From NCBI GenBank assembly GCA_947629245.1, contig CANRDC010000001.1, forward strand, positions 93,667 to 157,666: a stretch of DNA of 64,000 nucleotides. Reading direction: 5' to 3'. Source of the DNA: an uncultured Oscillospiraceae bacterium (lineage in GTDB: Bacteria > Bacillota > Clostridia > Oscillospirales > Oscillospiraceae). Shown piece after piece: positions 16,510 through 26,092 of the stretch. Each line of letters starts with the position of its first letter. Within the stretch, counting starts at the first letter, position 1. Made by a program: the position numbers and the translations under genes. The notes beneath the pieces were generated by a model. It worked only from the letters and a program-made list of their open reading frames with translations, was not told the origin of the DNA and made no database searches.

Positions 16510-17083
16510 TAAAGTTTATGACCAGTTTGCTCACTTGGAAGAGAACTACTCTAAGTCGAAGCAGACACGCTCTGAGTTCGTCAAGGAGAAGTTTGGCGGC
16601 GACATCGCAACTGGCTCTGTAATAATCCTCGACGCCATTCATGCTGAGGGTCTCGACGAGGATCCAGCATACATCGAGAAGGCATCGTTCATCAAGGACA
16701 TCTTCGCCAAGCTGGTTAGCTGTGCTGACAACATCGACCAGCTCGGCTCATTCAACATCGAGGACCTGAGCACGTTCGACAGATTGATGCTTGTTCTGCA
16801 GAAGGCTTACAGCAGCGGGACAAAGCAGGAGGTCGTGAGCCAGAAGTCGATGTGGGCAAGCAAGGAGAAAGTTCTCCACTACACCAGCGGAGCCAATGGC
16901 ATCGCCTACTGCCCGGCGGATAATTGTAGTGTATTCAGGGCCTATAATGAGAGCATGATTGCTCTTATGACTTCTGCGTTCCACCCTGACTCCCAGGTTA
17001 CACTTGACGAGTTTTATCTTCGTAAAGCCGGCGACAGGTTACACCGTATTATGCAACCCGCCGTTGCCAAGAACCTCGTCTGA
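16496..17083 (+). CDS. Hypothetical protein (195 aa)
   Basis: ORF with a GGAAGGA RBS, sitting between the transglutaminase-like and primase genes. Confidence 0.5.
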   Translation: MTILDKVYDQFAHLEENYSKSKQTRSEFVKEKFGGDIATGSVIILDAIHAEGLDEDPAYIEKASFIKDIFAKLVSCADNIDQLGSFNIEDLSTFDRLMLVLQKAYSSGTKQEVVSQKSMWASKEKVLHYTSGANGIAYCPADNCSVFRAYNESMIALMTSAFHPDSQVTLDEFYLRKAGDRLHRIMQPAVAKNLV

Positions 17084-17088
17084 GCGCC

Positions 17089-17868
17089 ATGCCTGGCGAC
17101 ACATTGAACCAGCTCTACAATGAGCTGGTAGAGCAGGTCTACACCGACGATGAATACTCCCAGCGATACTACTTGTCTATGATTGAAGACCAGAGAAAGA
17201 TTGCTGTAGACTACTTGATGATGCGTAAGTGTATGTTTATACCCAATAATGACTACATCACACATTATTTAGGGGTCAGAGCACAGACATATTCTTGTGG
17301 GCTCTATGATGGCGATAACTGCATGTGGGCGCTCTTCATGGTGGCTCCCATTCTTGATTTGGTCGGAGACGTAGTCGGCATCGTAGGCTGGGACGCCGAG
17401 AATAAGCGTAAAGAGCTTGAAGAAGGCGAAAAGGGACTTCCCATGTATAAAGTCTCAAGCAAGTTCGTATTTCCGAGGGAGAGGTACTTTCTCTCGGATA
17501 TTGAACTCCTGCGACAGGAGTTTAGCAAACGAGTCATATTCATCGTTGACGGTGTCTTCGACTCTATCTCCTTAAACTATCATGGTATCCCAGCAGTTAG
17601 TCTGCTGGGTTCTTCCGTGTCCCCGGAAGTCTTGTACTTTCTCAGATGGTACAAATACATCTATGTAGTGCAGGACAATGATAGTGCAGGAATGTCACTC
17701 TATGCCAGATTGGCTAAGGCATTACCGAGGGTATATCGCGTAGTACAGAACAAGACAAAGGACATTGAGGAATTGCTCAGGACCGATGGGCTGAATGGTC
17801 CTGTGACAAAGCAGTTACTCGATACTTTGAACAACCCTGTCTGCGCTGATGTAAGAATAAAGATATAA
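17089..17868 (+). CDS. DnaG-type primase catalytic (Toprim) domain protein, no zinc-finger domain
   Basis: APILDLVGDVVGIVGW (compare PI.D..G.vvGF.GR). MYKVSS (compare KYlNS). IFIVDGVFDSISL (compare EG..D). YVVQDNDSAG (compare DgD.AG). Confidence 0.7.
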   Translation: MPGDTLNQLYNELVEQVYTDDEYSQRYYLSMIEDQRKIAVDYLMMRKCMFIPNNDYITHYLGVRAQTYSCGLYDGDNCMWALFMVAPILDLVGDVVGIVGWDAENKRKELEEGEKGLPMYKVSSKFVFPRERYFLSDIELLRQEFSKRVIFIVDGVFDSISLNYHGIPAVSLLGSSVSPEVLYFLRWYKYIYVVQDNDSAGMSLYARLAKALPRVYRVVQNKTKDIEELLRTDGLNGPVTKQLLDTLNNPVCADVRIKI

Positions 17869-17889
17869 CTTAATACGGAGGTAATCATC

Positions 17890-18762
17890 ATGACAAACAC
17901 TGCAAGAAAAATCGACATCACAGCTTATATTGACAGGCGTGACTCGTCTGCCGCTCGCCTCGCCTCTGAGCAGAAGCTCCAGAATGTGGCGGACGGAATT
18001 GGTCTTGCGCCTCAGCAGCACTCCACCTACGAGTTCGATACCGCGAAGGAGTTTGTGCCTGTCGGCTATGTTCAGAACGCTTTCGGCGTTCCCACAAGCT
18101 ACATCATGATGCGCGCCAACACGAAGGGCAACGCCATGCCTATGAGCGCCGGCGAGTTCGACGAGAAGGTCTCCGAAGGACGTGTCCAGTTCTTCGAGAC
18201 CTGCGATGATGGCCAGGTGGATTTCGTTCTGTCCAGAGAGGAAATCTACCACTACAACAAACTGCTGGACGCGCGGGGCATTGGCTCCAACGTGCGGCGC
18301 TCCGACTATTCCGACTATTTGAAGTACGGAATGGTCTTCAACGCTAAGGACATCGACAAGATGTACGGCGTCTATCAGAAGGTCGTTGACGGCCGACAGA
18401 GCATCACTGACATGCGTTTTGCCGCAAGTGTCATGAACGTCTATCGACGTAATCGTCGTTACATTGCCCAAGTTTATATACTTGGGCCTTGTCAGTTCCA
18501 TGACATTCAGCTGGAGACAATGCACCGCTGTGGCATCGACGCCGAGCGCATCTGCCCCAATCTGCTCTTTGCGGAAATCGACCTCACCCGTGTTGGTATC
18601 CACGGTATGCCTTACAAGTTCTATCTCAGCATGAACAAGAACCGCACAAGGCGCTATGGCATACCTCATACTCCGACCATCATCGCTGATGGTCTGGAGG
18701 AGGATACCGCCGCCGCGCGCAGGGCTTTGAAGAAATTCTGCAAGCTTTGCAAGAAGATATAA
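17890..18762 (+). CDS. Hypothetical protein (290 aa)
   Basis: GGAGG 8 nt upstream. GC3-rich codon usage that creates a long antisense shadow ORF. Confidence 0.6.
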   Translation: MTNTARKIDITAYIDRRDSSAARLASEQKLQNVADGIGLAPQQHSTYEFDTAKEFVPVGYVQNAFGVPTSYIMMRANTKGNAMPMSAGEFDEKVSEGRVQFFETCDDGQVDFVLSREEIYHYNKLLDARGIGSNVRRSDYSDYLKYGMVFNAKDIDKMYGVYQKVVDGRQSITDMRFAASVMNVYRRNRRYIAQVYILGPCQFHDIQLETMHRCGIDAERICPNLLFAEIDLTRVGIHGMPYKFYLSMNKNRTRRYGIPHTPTIIADGLEEDTAAARRALKKFCKLCKKI

Positions 18763-18775
18763 AGGAGGCACGAAG

Positions 18776-19858
18776 ATGCCTTTAACTCCTAAGGAGAAGA
18801 TGGGTTTCCCTGGTGTGTCAATCTCCCATGTGGAAGTTGCCTTGCAGGAATTGAGGCGCCCCGGCATGTTAAATGACTGGGGCCCTCACTTCCTCGAAGT
18901 CATTCGCCAGCATGATATTGAGCATATCAAGTTCGGAGACCCCAATGCAGAAATCCCGGCGGACAAGCTTTACTTCTTGAACGCCAGGCTTCTCGATGAC
19001 CTTATCGCCATCTTTAACGATGTCGAGTCCATACAGAATGTACCCGCCAGCGTGGAGGACCAGTCGGAGTATGTCATGTGCGTTAGACATGATGTGTCTG
19101 ACTTGCTTCGCGATATAGTCTCCATCATCTCGGAGTATCCGCAGGGATACGCTATACACCCGAACCAGTTCGCCAGTGCCTTGCTTGAGCATGCTTTGCC
19201 TGGCGAGCTTCAAGACCCTGATATAATACCTCAGGTAAATCTTGAGTTTGTTCACAAGCGTGGCTGGGAAATAGCAAAGTACAAGGACCCTGGTAGTAGC
19301 AGTTTCAGCACTCAGGTTCAATCTATGGTGCGAAGCGTCTGTCGTGGCGACACGTCTGTCTGGAGAAAGAACGATACACAGCGCGCCCTCCTCACGAACA
19401 TCTACGCACTGAATGGTTTGTGGGACGTACTGCAGACCTGTAAGACTATATTCACGCATGAACTCCAGTATAAGGACGGCCCTGTCTATGACATCGTCGG
19501 CCGCCATGTGAGCAAGACCTTGCAGGGTATACTCGCCCTGTCGTCTGACTGCGGTTGTCCTGACTCTACTGATGCTATTATCAGGGCAATTGACAAGTCG
19601 ATACGCTACTGCATGCCCGACATGCTTTTGCGCCACACTGACATGGTCGAGGTCTACGCACGGCTGGCCAGATACAATCATTCTGGCTTCTACCCGGCAC
19701 AGGTCTACCCTGACGAGTGGTTTGACCTGAAGACTCCGTATGAGTATGCGGTGAAGGTCGGGCTCTATGTGCCTCGCGGTCTCTGTAGCTTCAGCGCAGA
19801 CTCCACGGTTCAAGGGCATATGTGGTCCCTCAGCGATATAAAGAATTGGTGGAGGTAA
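18776..19858 (+). CDS. Hypothetical protein (360 aa)
   Basis: AGGAGG 7 nt upstream. No recognisable motif. Confidence 0.6.
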   Translation: MPLTPKEKMGFPGVSISHVEVALQELRRPGMLNDWGPHFLEVIRQHDIEHIKFGDPNAEIPADKLYFLNARLLDDLIAIFNDVESIQNVPASVEDQSEYVMCVRHDVSDLLRDIVSIISEYPQGYAIHPNQFASALLEHALPGELQDPDIIPQVNLEFVHKRGWEIAKYKDPGSSSFSTQVQSMVRSVCRGDTSVWRKNDTQRALLTNIYALNGLWDVLQTCKTIFTHELQYKDGPVYDIVGRHVSKTLQGILALSSDCGCPDSTDAIIRAIDKSIRYCMPDMLLRHTDMVEVYARLARYNHSGFYPAQVYPDEWFDLKTPYEYAVKVGLYVPRGLCSFSADSTVQGHMWSLSDIKNWWR

Positions 19859-19861
19859 CTT

Positions 19862-21013
19862 ATGGAACTTATAAAGAAAAGTGAACTTTCTAAGTTATCC
19901 TTCGTGTACACGCTCGATTTCAAGGACGACGCCAAGAGGGTTCCTTACTTCGTTCCAGTGAAGAACCAGAACATTTCGAGAAACTGGCTCTACTTCATTC
20001 GCCAGCCTGACGTGTTCAAGCGCAGTCGGACACAGTTCCTCCACGCTATCTATGTGATGCGTCACTCAATGAATATCGTTGAGTATGACGAGACTGAGAT
20101 GACGTGTAAGGACTGCTATGTCTACTCGTGTTTGAGCGATGTCGTATCCATTGCCGGTGCTGAGGGAAGCCTTGATGTCGTAGCTCTGAATGGCGCACTT
20201 GGTCGACTGCTGAATTCGCTTGAGCAGTACGACCACTTCAATCACACGAAGCGAATAACGCCGTGGCTCAACGATGAAGTCGAGGCGAACTTCAATCCGG
20301 ACCTGCGTAAATATGGCGAGGAGTACCCGGTAGTATTCTACACAAGCGCCATTCTCTCGAAGATGATTGACCCCCGCGTGAAGGGTCTTGCTAACGCAAT
20401 GACACTGAGTGAGCTCTTTCATCGGTGCTACTTCCTCTGGAGAATGGAGGGCGTATCACGCTCGACTCCGTGGACAATCTCCACAATGTGGGAGCAGCTC
20501 CAGTTCTACGCACTCACTGGCGTGGTTCCGTCCAGCGAGACCGCCAAGTATTTCATCGGCGTCTATGATGCCACGATGGGGACTTGGCTTCTGCTCAAGT
20601 ACATAAAAGCATTTTTGCGCCTCGATAACCCATCTAATGAGGCGATAGAAATCTGCGCCAAGTATATTACTGACGCAATTACGAGCATAGTCGATGTCGT
20701 CCGTAAGTTCAGCGGCTACGGGCTTACGAGAATTGTCGTCGTCAACATGCTCAATCAGGTGCTCGGACACCTGCTTCCTGAGTATCTTCTTGATGCTTTG
20801 GACTTAGATGCAATAGACAAGCTTCGCTCTCAGGTCAGTATGCCTGAGTTGAAATTCGAGGAGTACATACCTGTAGAGAAGCAGGCTCTAGCTTTTGCAT
20901 CAACACCTGAAAAGCTCGCCTCTATGAATGACATCGTGTTGCCTACGGAGTTAAATGGCTTCTCCACGGGTTGCGATAATTTCAGGGAGATGCTCAGGAG
21001 TAAACTGAACTAA
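19862..21013 (+). CDS. Hypothetical protein (383 aa), predicted mostly helical
   Basis: GGAGG 6 nt upstream. No recognisable motif. Confidence 0.6.
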   Translation: MELIKKSELSKLSFVYTLDFKDDAKRVPYFVPVKNQNISRNWLYFIRQPDVFKRSRTQFLHAIYVMRHSMNIVEYDETEMTCKDCYVYSCLSDVVSIAGAEGSLDVVALNGALGRLLNSLEQYDHFNHTKRITPWLNDEVEANFNPDLRKYGEEYPVVFYTSAILSKMIDPRVKGLANAMTLSELFHRCYFLWRMEGVSRSTPWTISTMWEQLQFYALTGVVPSSETAKYFIGVYDATMGTWLLLKYIKAFLRLDNPSNEAIEICAKYITDAITSIVDVVRKFSGYGLTRIVVVNMLNQVLGHLLPEYLLDALDLDAIDKLRSQVSMPELKFEEYIPVEKQALAFASTPEKLASMNDIVLPTELNGFSTGCDNFREMLRSKLN

Positions 21014-21037
21014 ATTTAATGTAAAGGAATAAATAAA

Positions 21038-22081
21038 ATGAAAGAGATAACTGCGAAAGAAACGCTCGAACGCTTCCTTTGGTGCGAGGACCTTGCAATC
21101 CAGATGCAGTCTGGAAATACTCTGGACCGCTACTACTCGTTCATTCTTCGCCAGCTGACGAAGACGAGACTTGGTCAGCCTCAGCAGGACATCATCGCCT
21201 CCAACGGCTATGATACCGACTTCTTCAGCTACACCATCAGCCTGATTTCTGCCGTGCAGAAGTATCAGGCCGGTGACCCGGAGTTCACGTTCGCGCGGAC
21301 AAAGGACTTTGTGAAGCGAGCTTTCACAAGCCTGTCGGAAATCTACGACAGCTATCCTGGAGATAACGGGAGACTTCCTATGCAGTTCGTCGTCGCTATT
21401 CTTAATGGGTTTGTCCCGAAGGAGCTTTATGACGATGACGCCATGGAGCTGTTCTGCAGTAAGGCGAGAACCGTGTGCGCCATGCAGAAAGCCAATGCCA
21501 TTCGTGGCTCTCGTCAGCCTATGACATGGCTCCTCGACCTCGACAGCCTGATGGACGCGGCCGCTCAGGGAAAGAAGTATGTCACTACAACTCTGAGCAG
21601 TTTCTACACTACCGGCTGGCACACCGTTCGCAACCTCTGGCTTTGTAAAAGAATTATGTCGACAGTCAAGTGCGCGCCTGCCTTAATGGACACAGAGATT
21701 AATGTCTATCGGGAGATGCTTGTCTACCTTCTCAACATGTCCATCTGGTTCGCTCGTATGGAGAACTCCGACTGCGAGCGAATGATTATCTATGCAGTCA
21801 GCGAGTTCCTCGCAGGCGGTGTTCCTGAGAAGCTCTATGAGAAGAAGGACTTCGCGAAGCTCAATAGGATACTCCGTGACGCCGGGCTTCCTGAGGTCCG
21901 TGTTGAACCCGTGCACGAGCCCAACGAGATACTCGACATGAATGACCCTGAGAAGCTGGGTGCTTATGTCGGCATCGTGCTCCCTAAGGAGATGTACGAT
22001 TTCACGGATTTGAACGACGGCCTCGATGATTTGGCCAAGAGATACCTCGAAAAGAAGAAGAACGCACGTAAGTCGCATTGA
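21038..22081 (+). CDS. Hypothetical protein (347 aa)
   Basis: ORF in the operon orientation with an AAAGGA RBS. No recognisable motif. Confidence 0.6.
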   Translation: MKEITAKETLERFLWCEDLAIQMQSGNTLDRYYSFILRQLTKTRLGQPQQDIIASNGYDTDFFSYTISLISAVQKYQAGDPEFTFARTKDFVKRAFTSLSEIYDSYPGDNGRLPMQFVVAILNGFVPKELYDDDAMELFCSKARTVCAMQKANAIRGSRQPMTWLLDLDSLMDAAAQGKKYVTTTLSSFYTTGWHTVRNLWLCKRIMSTVKCAPALMDTEINVYREMLVYLLNMSIWFARMENSDCERMIIYAVSEFLAGGVPEKLYEKKDFAKLNRILRDAGLPEVRVEPVHEPNEILDMNDPEKLGAYVGIVLPKEMYDFTDLNDGLDDLAKRYLEKKKNARKSH

Positions 22082-22229
22082 CGGCTTAAAATGCGCCTGA
22101 GGCCACATTCATAAATTCGGTCCCTATATTTGGTACATTACATATTAAACTGTACCTGAACTGGTGTACTTTAGTGCGCCATGCTTTTCGCCTGCACTGT
22201 TTTTAAGGGCGCATGCCCTTTGTGAAGCG

Positions 22230-22251
22230 CGCTCCCCAACTTCGGGGAGCG
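22230..22251 (+). terminator. Hairpins after ORF 21038-22081 (also 22205-22220)
   Basis: CGCTCCCC-aacttc-GGGGAGCG and AAGGGC-gcat-GCCCTT. Confidence 0.4.
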
Positions 22252-22328
22252 TAGCTTCGCCCTGACAAACTCACCTGCAATAGCAACTGCTATCCAAATA
22301 ACTTAATAAACTAAGGAGGAAAAGAACC

Positions 22329-23783
22329 ATGAATTTGCAGGACATTTTCAAGAAGATGAACAGCGGAGAGGTTTCCGCGCATTCCGAGCTGGGAACTCGG
22401 GATGAAGCAAAGCAAAATCGCAACTATGGCACCCGCTTCCGCAAGATGAAGACGGTGACCGGTATCAACGCCCGCGCTCTGGCGATGAAGGACGTTGTTA
22501 TCCCGTTCAACCCCTTCACCGGCAAGGCTGACGAGCACTACAGCAAGAAGACGCCCTTCCGGCCCATTCTCCTTGTCTCTCAGGTGCTCACCGGTATCAA
22601 CGAGGCCTGCGCCCAGAACCCGCAGATGCAGAAGTTCTGGGAGAACGAGCTTGGCATCGTGATGCCCAGCGGCGCAGCTACGATGGAGGAGTACCAAGCG
22701 TTCAAGCGCGCCGGCTTCATCAAGCCCCGTATCATGTCCTACAGCACCGTCGCCATCAACTTCGGCGGCATCATGGGCTTCCCCGACTTCCGGGTGAAGT
22801 ATACCGTGGACCCCAAGGAGCTCAACGAGCAGGGCACCTACGACTTCCAGTCCGCCCCCATCTGGCACAAGGCCGCCGTGTTCTTCAACGCCATGCTGAA
22901 GAAAGAGGCCGACGAGGTTGTCCACAATCTTGAGGCGAACGGCGCCAACAAGGAGACCATTCAGGCCCAGCGTCGGGCGGTGTACTCCAAGTCCCCCGTC
23001 GGCTTTGTTCAGCCGACCAATCTCATTCCCTACCTGTTCTTCCCGCTGAACGAAATCCCCAAGGACCTCGACGCCGAGCACCCCATGGAGCTTGAGGCGC
23101 ACATTCGGTTCTACTCCTTCGTCGACAAGTGGGTGGTCCCCCTCAAGGAGGCCATGTCCAACCCGCTCTATGACGAGGACATGGATTTCTTCGACTTCAC
23201 TATCAAGACACCGTCTTCCACCGACACCAAGAAGAACGGCCAGGTCTACACGGACGAGGACGCCAACGAGCTCTACGCCGCCATGACCATCACCAACACC
23301 GACGGGCGTCTTTCCTTGCACGGCGGCAAGACCTCTGACGGCACCAAGACCGTCAACAACGAGGACGCATTTGCCCCCGTGTTCGCCTGTGCCAAGGAGT
23401 ACTTCCTGTACAGTCAGGAGCAGTCCTCTATGGAGGGTGGCGAGTCCTTCGAGAAAATCATGGCCGCCAGCTCTCGCTTCCGTCCCATCACCCAGGCGCT
23501 CCAGAACTTTCTGCCGGCCTGCAACGACACGTTCACGTCTACCTTCGCCAACACGAAGTATTGCACGGACGATGTGCGTCGCGCCAACGCCGAGTTCTTC
23601 ACAGCCATGAACCCGAAGAACGCCATCGCTGTGGCCGCCGAGGACGACGAGGACCTGGAGGCTGCCGCCGCCGCTCAGCAGAACAGCATCGGTGACATCA
23701 TCGGCGAAGCTACCGGAAAGACCACCGCTCCTGACGACATGTTCGGCGTCACTCCCGATGCTGACCTCGATTTGGCTGAGTAA
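22329..23783 (+). CDS. Abundant (codon-optimised) protein with an acidic C-terminal tail; candidate ssDNA-binding protein, function unproven
   Basis: AAGGAGG RBS. Marked GC3-rich codon bias. The C-terminus AAEDDEDLEAAAAAQQ...APDDMFGVTPDADLDLAE resembles the acidic tails of phage and bacterial SSBs. Flanked by structured spacers and a terminator, and sits immediately upstream of Rad50/Mre11. Confidence 0.3.
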   Translation: MNLQDIFKKMNSGEVSAHSELGTRDEAKQNRNYGTRFRKMKTVTGINARALAMKDVVIPFNPFTGKADEHYSKKTPFRPILLVSQVLTGINEACAQNPQMQKFWENELGIVMPSGAATMEEYQAFKRAGFIKPRIMSYSTVAINFGGIMGFPDFRVKYTVDPKELNEQGTYDFQSAPIWHKAAVFFNAMLKKEADEVVHNLEANGANKETIQAQRRAVYSKSPVGFVQPTNLIPYLFFPLNEIPKDLDAEHPMELEAHIRFYSFVDKWVVPLKEAMSNPLYDEDMDFFDFTIKTPSSTDTKKNGQVYTDEDANELYAAMTITNTDGRLSLHGGKTSDGTKTVNNEDAFAPVFACAKEYFLYSQEQSSMEGGESFEKIMAASSRFRPITQALQNFLPACNDTFTSTFANTKYCTDDVRRANAEFFTAMNPKNAIAVAAEDDEDLEAAAAAQQNSIGDIIGEATGKTTAPDDMFGVTPDADLDLAE

Positions 23784-23823
23784 TCCATTAGGGTTGCTCT
23801 TCCAGATATACTCCCTTCCTTGT

Positions 23824-23858
23824 GGGCGACTCTCTTTCGAGGGTCGCCCATTATTTTT
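23824..23858 (+). terminator. Rho-independent terminator
   Basis: GGGCGAC-tctctttcgag-GTCGCCC followed by ATTATTTTTG. Confidence 0.75.
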
Positions 23859-23863
23859 GTATG

Positions 23864-23908
23864 TTGACACTTTCACAGGTGTACGTCTAAGTAACTGACG
23901 CACTTCTG
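23864..23908 (+). promoter_or_regulatory. Candidate promoter region: TTGACA box plus the recurrent CACTTCTG motif
   Basis: TTGACA at 23864-23869. GCACTTCTGTG at 23899-23909 lies ~27 nt upstream of the TTG start. No convincing -10 hexamer at 17 +/- 1 nt. Confidence 0.3.
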
Positions 23909-23934
23909 TGAAAATGCCATAAGGAGGTTCTAAC

Positions 23935-25092
23935 TTGAAAAGAGTAACGTTGGAGTTCTATAATCTCCAGAGCCATCAAAGCACTAAGTTCGAGTTAAGA
24001 CCTGGCTTGAACTTTATACTTGCTGACGATAACAATGTCGGCAAGTCAACCATCTTCAAGGTGATTATGTGCGCCATGCGTTTGCCGAAGGTCGACTCTA
24101 ATGAGTTGAATGAGATACTTCGCGGCGGTGCCAATAGTGGGTGTGCTACCTTCTCATTCGATGACTATGTCGCCAGAATGTGGATATTCCACGATAATGG
24201 ACGTGCTCCTCATGCTTTCTTTGAGACAACTTATCCTGATGGCCAGAAGCTTCGTAGCGAGGGCGCTCCTAAGGAATTAGTTGAAGCACTCGATATTGTC
24301 ACTGATAAGAGTGGCAACCTGCTTAACTTCAACGACGCAGACAGCGTACAACTCATTGTGCAGGACACACCTAAGAACGATGAGGTTCTCTCTCAGGTGT
24401 TAATTGACGATAGAGTAGAAAACATTAAGCAGAACATCAGTCGCCTTGTTCCTGAGTTGCAGGGAGATTATACAGTGTCTGCGGCCAGGCTTGAAGATGA
24501 TAAGCGCGTACTATCATCTATCAACTTTGTGGAAACTGTACCTCTTTTCAAGGACGAGTTCGCCATGCTTGAGGCTGGTAGTCGCGTAGCCGATGTATTT
24601 GAGTCTGCTAATTTCGACATACCTGAGCGTCAGATTGGTAGGGTAATTGGCGAGCTCGATGCAATGAGGTCTGCGCTCAATGCGTACACTGTTCTTGAAC
24701 CGCTTAAGTTCACTCCGAGTAAGCTGGCCGACATGCTTTCCACCGAGCAGATAGACAGCATGAAGTCACACATAAAAGTGCTCGAAGCTTTGCAGGAATG
24801 TAAGATTGCGGATACTAAGATACTTGACACTGTTAAGCCAGCATCACTGTCCAATGCATCAAGAGCAATTGAAGTTCTGCAACAGCTTACTAAAGCTGAT
24901 AGCGCCATGCATTTCGCCGACGCTCAGGATAAGACTATGAAGTCAAGCTGGAAGGAAATGCATGGCGTCTACGAGGAGTTGTCAAAGATAGCTCCAAAGG
25001 TTAACTGCCCCGTGAAAGGAGTTGTTTTCTACGGAGAAGAAGAATGTGTACCTGCTGGTGACCGACTTGCATTGCGACACGGAGAAGGCTAA
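23935..25092 (+). CDS. SbcC/Rad50-like ATPase, N-terminal half (Walker A head plus coiled coil)
   Basis: TTG start after AAGGAGG. VTLEFYNLQSHQSTKFELRPGLNFILADDNNVGKSTIFKVIMCAM matches the SMC/Rad50/RecF N-terminal head. The rest looks helical. No signature motif or Walker B in this ORF. Confidence 0.6.
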   Translation: MKRVTLEFYNLQSHQSTKFELRPGLNFILADDNNVGKSTIFKVIMCAMRLPKVDSNELNEILRGGANSGCATFSFDDYVARMWIFHDNGRAPHAFFETTYPDGQKLRSEGAPKELVEALDIVTDKSGNLLNFNDADSVQLIVQDTPKNDEVLSQVLIDDRVENIKQNISRLVPELQGDYTVSAARLEDDKRVLSSINFVETVPLFKDEFAMLEAGSRVADVFESANFDIPERQIGRVIGELDAMRSALNAYTVLEPLKFTPSKLADMLSTEQIDSMKSHIKVLEALQECKIADTKILDTVKPASLSNASRAIEVLQQLTKADSAMHFADAQDKTMKSSWKEMHGVYEELSKIAPKVNCPVKGVVFYGEEECVPAGDRLALRHGEG

Positions 25093-26092
25093 CAGGATTA
25101 ATTACTTTGGCGAAGTGGTTAATTCAATGCAGGACATAATCAATATCGCGGACTCCTATCGTAAGCAAGGCTATTCACCGAGACTGATTTTACTCGGAGA
25201 TGTATTCGATGGAGGAATTGCTAACCCCTCCGATGCCATGCAGTTGATGGAAGTATTCCACTACTTCTGTTCAATGTTTGATAAGACGTGGTCTGTCGTA
25301 GGTAATCACGAGCTGTCTTTTATAACGAACAACCCTTTCTGGTTCCTCGTCACAACCATCGAAGACGACGAGTTATCACGTGTGAAGAAGCTCATACAGC
25401 CTCATGGTCTGACACAGTGTATCACTGTTCCGTCTACTATTGTTGACGGCGATACCACATTCTACTTCAATCATTACGGAATACCACCACATGTGCCACA
25501 GGCGACAGGAACACGCATTGGGCTGTTTCATCAGAATGTCGGCTCTAATGACATTTGCAAAATGTGGGGTACTTTCGACAACGTAGAGGACGCCGCATAC
25601 ATTCAAGGTTACAATTATTCTTTCTTTGGTCATACGCACCTCGCCAAGGGAAGGTATTGGCTTAACAAGGAGCATACTTGCCAGGGTATCTGGCTCGGAA
25701 CCATTGGAAGAACAAAGGCTGATGAAGTAATCGACGACAGCCTGATGGTCGACATTCCTGCTATCATCATCGAAGATGAAAAGTTTCAGCGTATAGAGTA
25801 TCCTCAGATAAAGTTGCAGTCGAGGCTTGAGTGCATTGATGAACTCAAGCTCCAAGCAGCAAAACAAAGTAGGGCTGTTGTTGAAGAGCGTAAGCGCATA
25901 TCTGAGGTTAACTATACTGGTGAAGGGCTCTATGACTCGTTGCGCATATCACTGGCTGATGGACCTCTTGAGTTTATCCTGTCTTTCATGGACGCGTCAT
26001 GGGACGAGATAAGGTCACAGTATAAGGAAACACTCGAACACTTGCCGGAGGGAGACACGGAAAATGGCACAAACAGTAGCACAGTTGAGTAG
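25022..26092 (+). CDS. SbcD/Mre11-like metallophosphoesterase nuclease
   Basis: Calcineurin-fold motifs in order: LVTDLHCD, LLGDVFDGG, VVGNHE, LFHQN, FFGHTH. Start uncertain (TTG 25022 or GTG 25046). Confidence 0.75.
   Translation: MFSTEKKNVYLLVTDLHCDTEKANRINYFGEVVNSMQDIINIADSYRKQGYSPRLILLGDVFDGGIANPSDAMQLMEVFHYFCSMFDKTWSVVGNHELSFITNNPFWFLVTTIEDDELSRVKKLIQPHGLTQCITVPSTIVDGDTTFYFNHYGIPPHVPQATGTRIGLFHQNVGSNDICKMWGTFDNVEDAAYIQGYNYSFFGHTHLAKGRYWLNKEHTCQGIWLGTIGRTKADEVIDDSLMVDIPAIIIEDEKFQRIEYPQIKLQSRLECIDELKLQAAKQSRAVVEERKRISEVNYTGEGLYDSLRISLADGPLEFILSFMDASWDEIRSQYKETLEHLPEGDTENGTNSSTVE

Noticed and set aside
2701-21622. Other long minus-strand ORFs: 2701-3498, 6006-6647, 7561-8577, 17815-18867, 18869-19819 and 20951-21622.
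   Set aside because: Each lies fully inside better-supported + strand genes that have RBSs and recognisable motifs or operon context. None has an RBS or a recognisable motif. I treat them as antisense shadows.
22311-23903. 530-aa ORF on the minus strand, the longest minus-strand ORF in its region.
   Set aside because: It is exactly antisense to the codon-optimised + strand gene 22329-23783. Its translation is Gly/Val/Leu/Glu/His-rich low complexity and it has no RBS. It is a shadow ORF produced by GC3-rich, RNY-type codon usage on the opposite strand.
25000-25060. CPVKG...EEC near the end of the Rad50 N-half, considered as a Rad50 zinc hook (CPxC).
   Set aside because: The second Cys of the CxxC is a Lys, and this region overlaps the start of the Mre11-like gene. 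I note it only as a positional curiosity and do not call it a hook.
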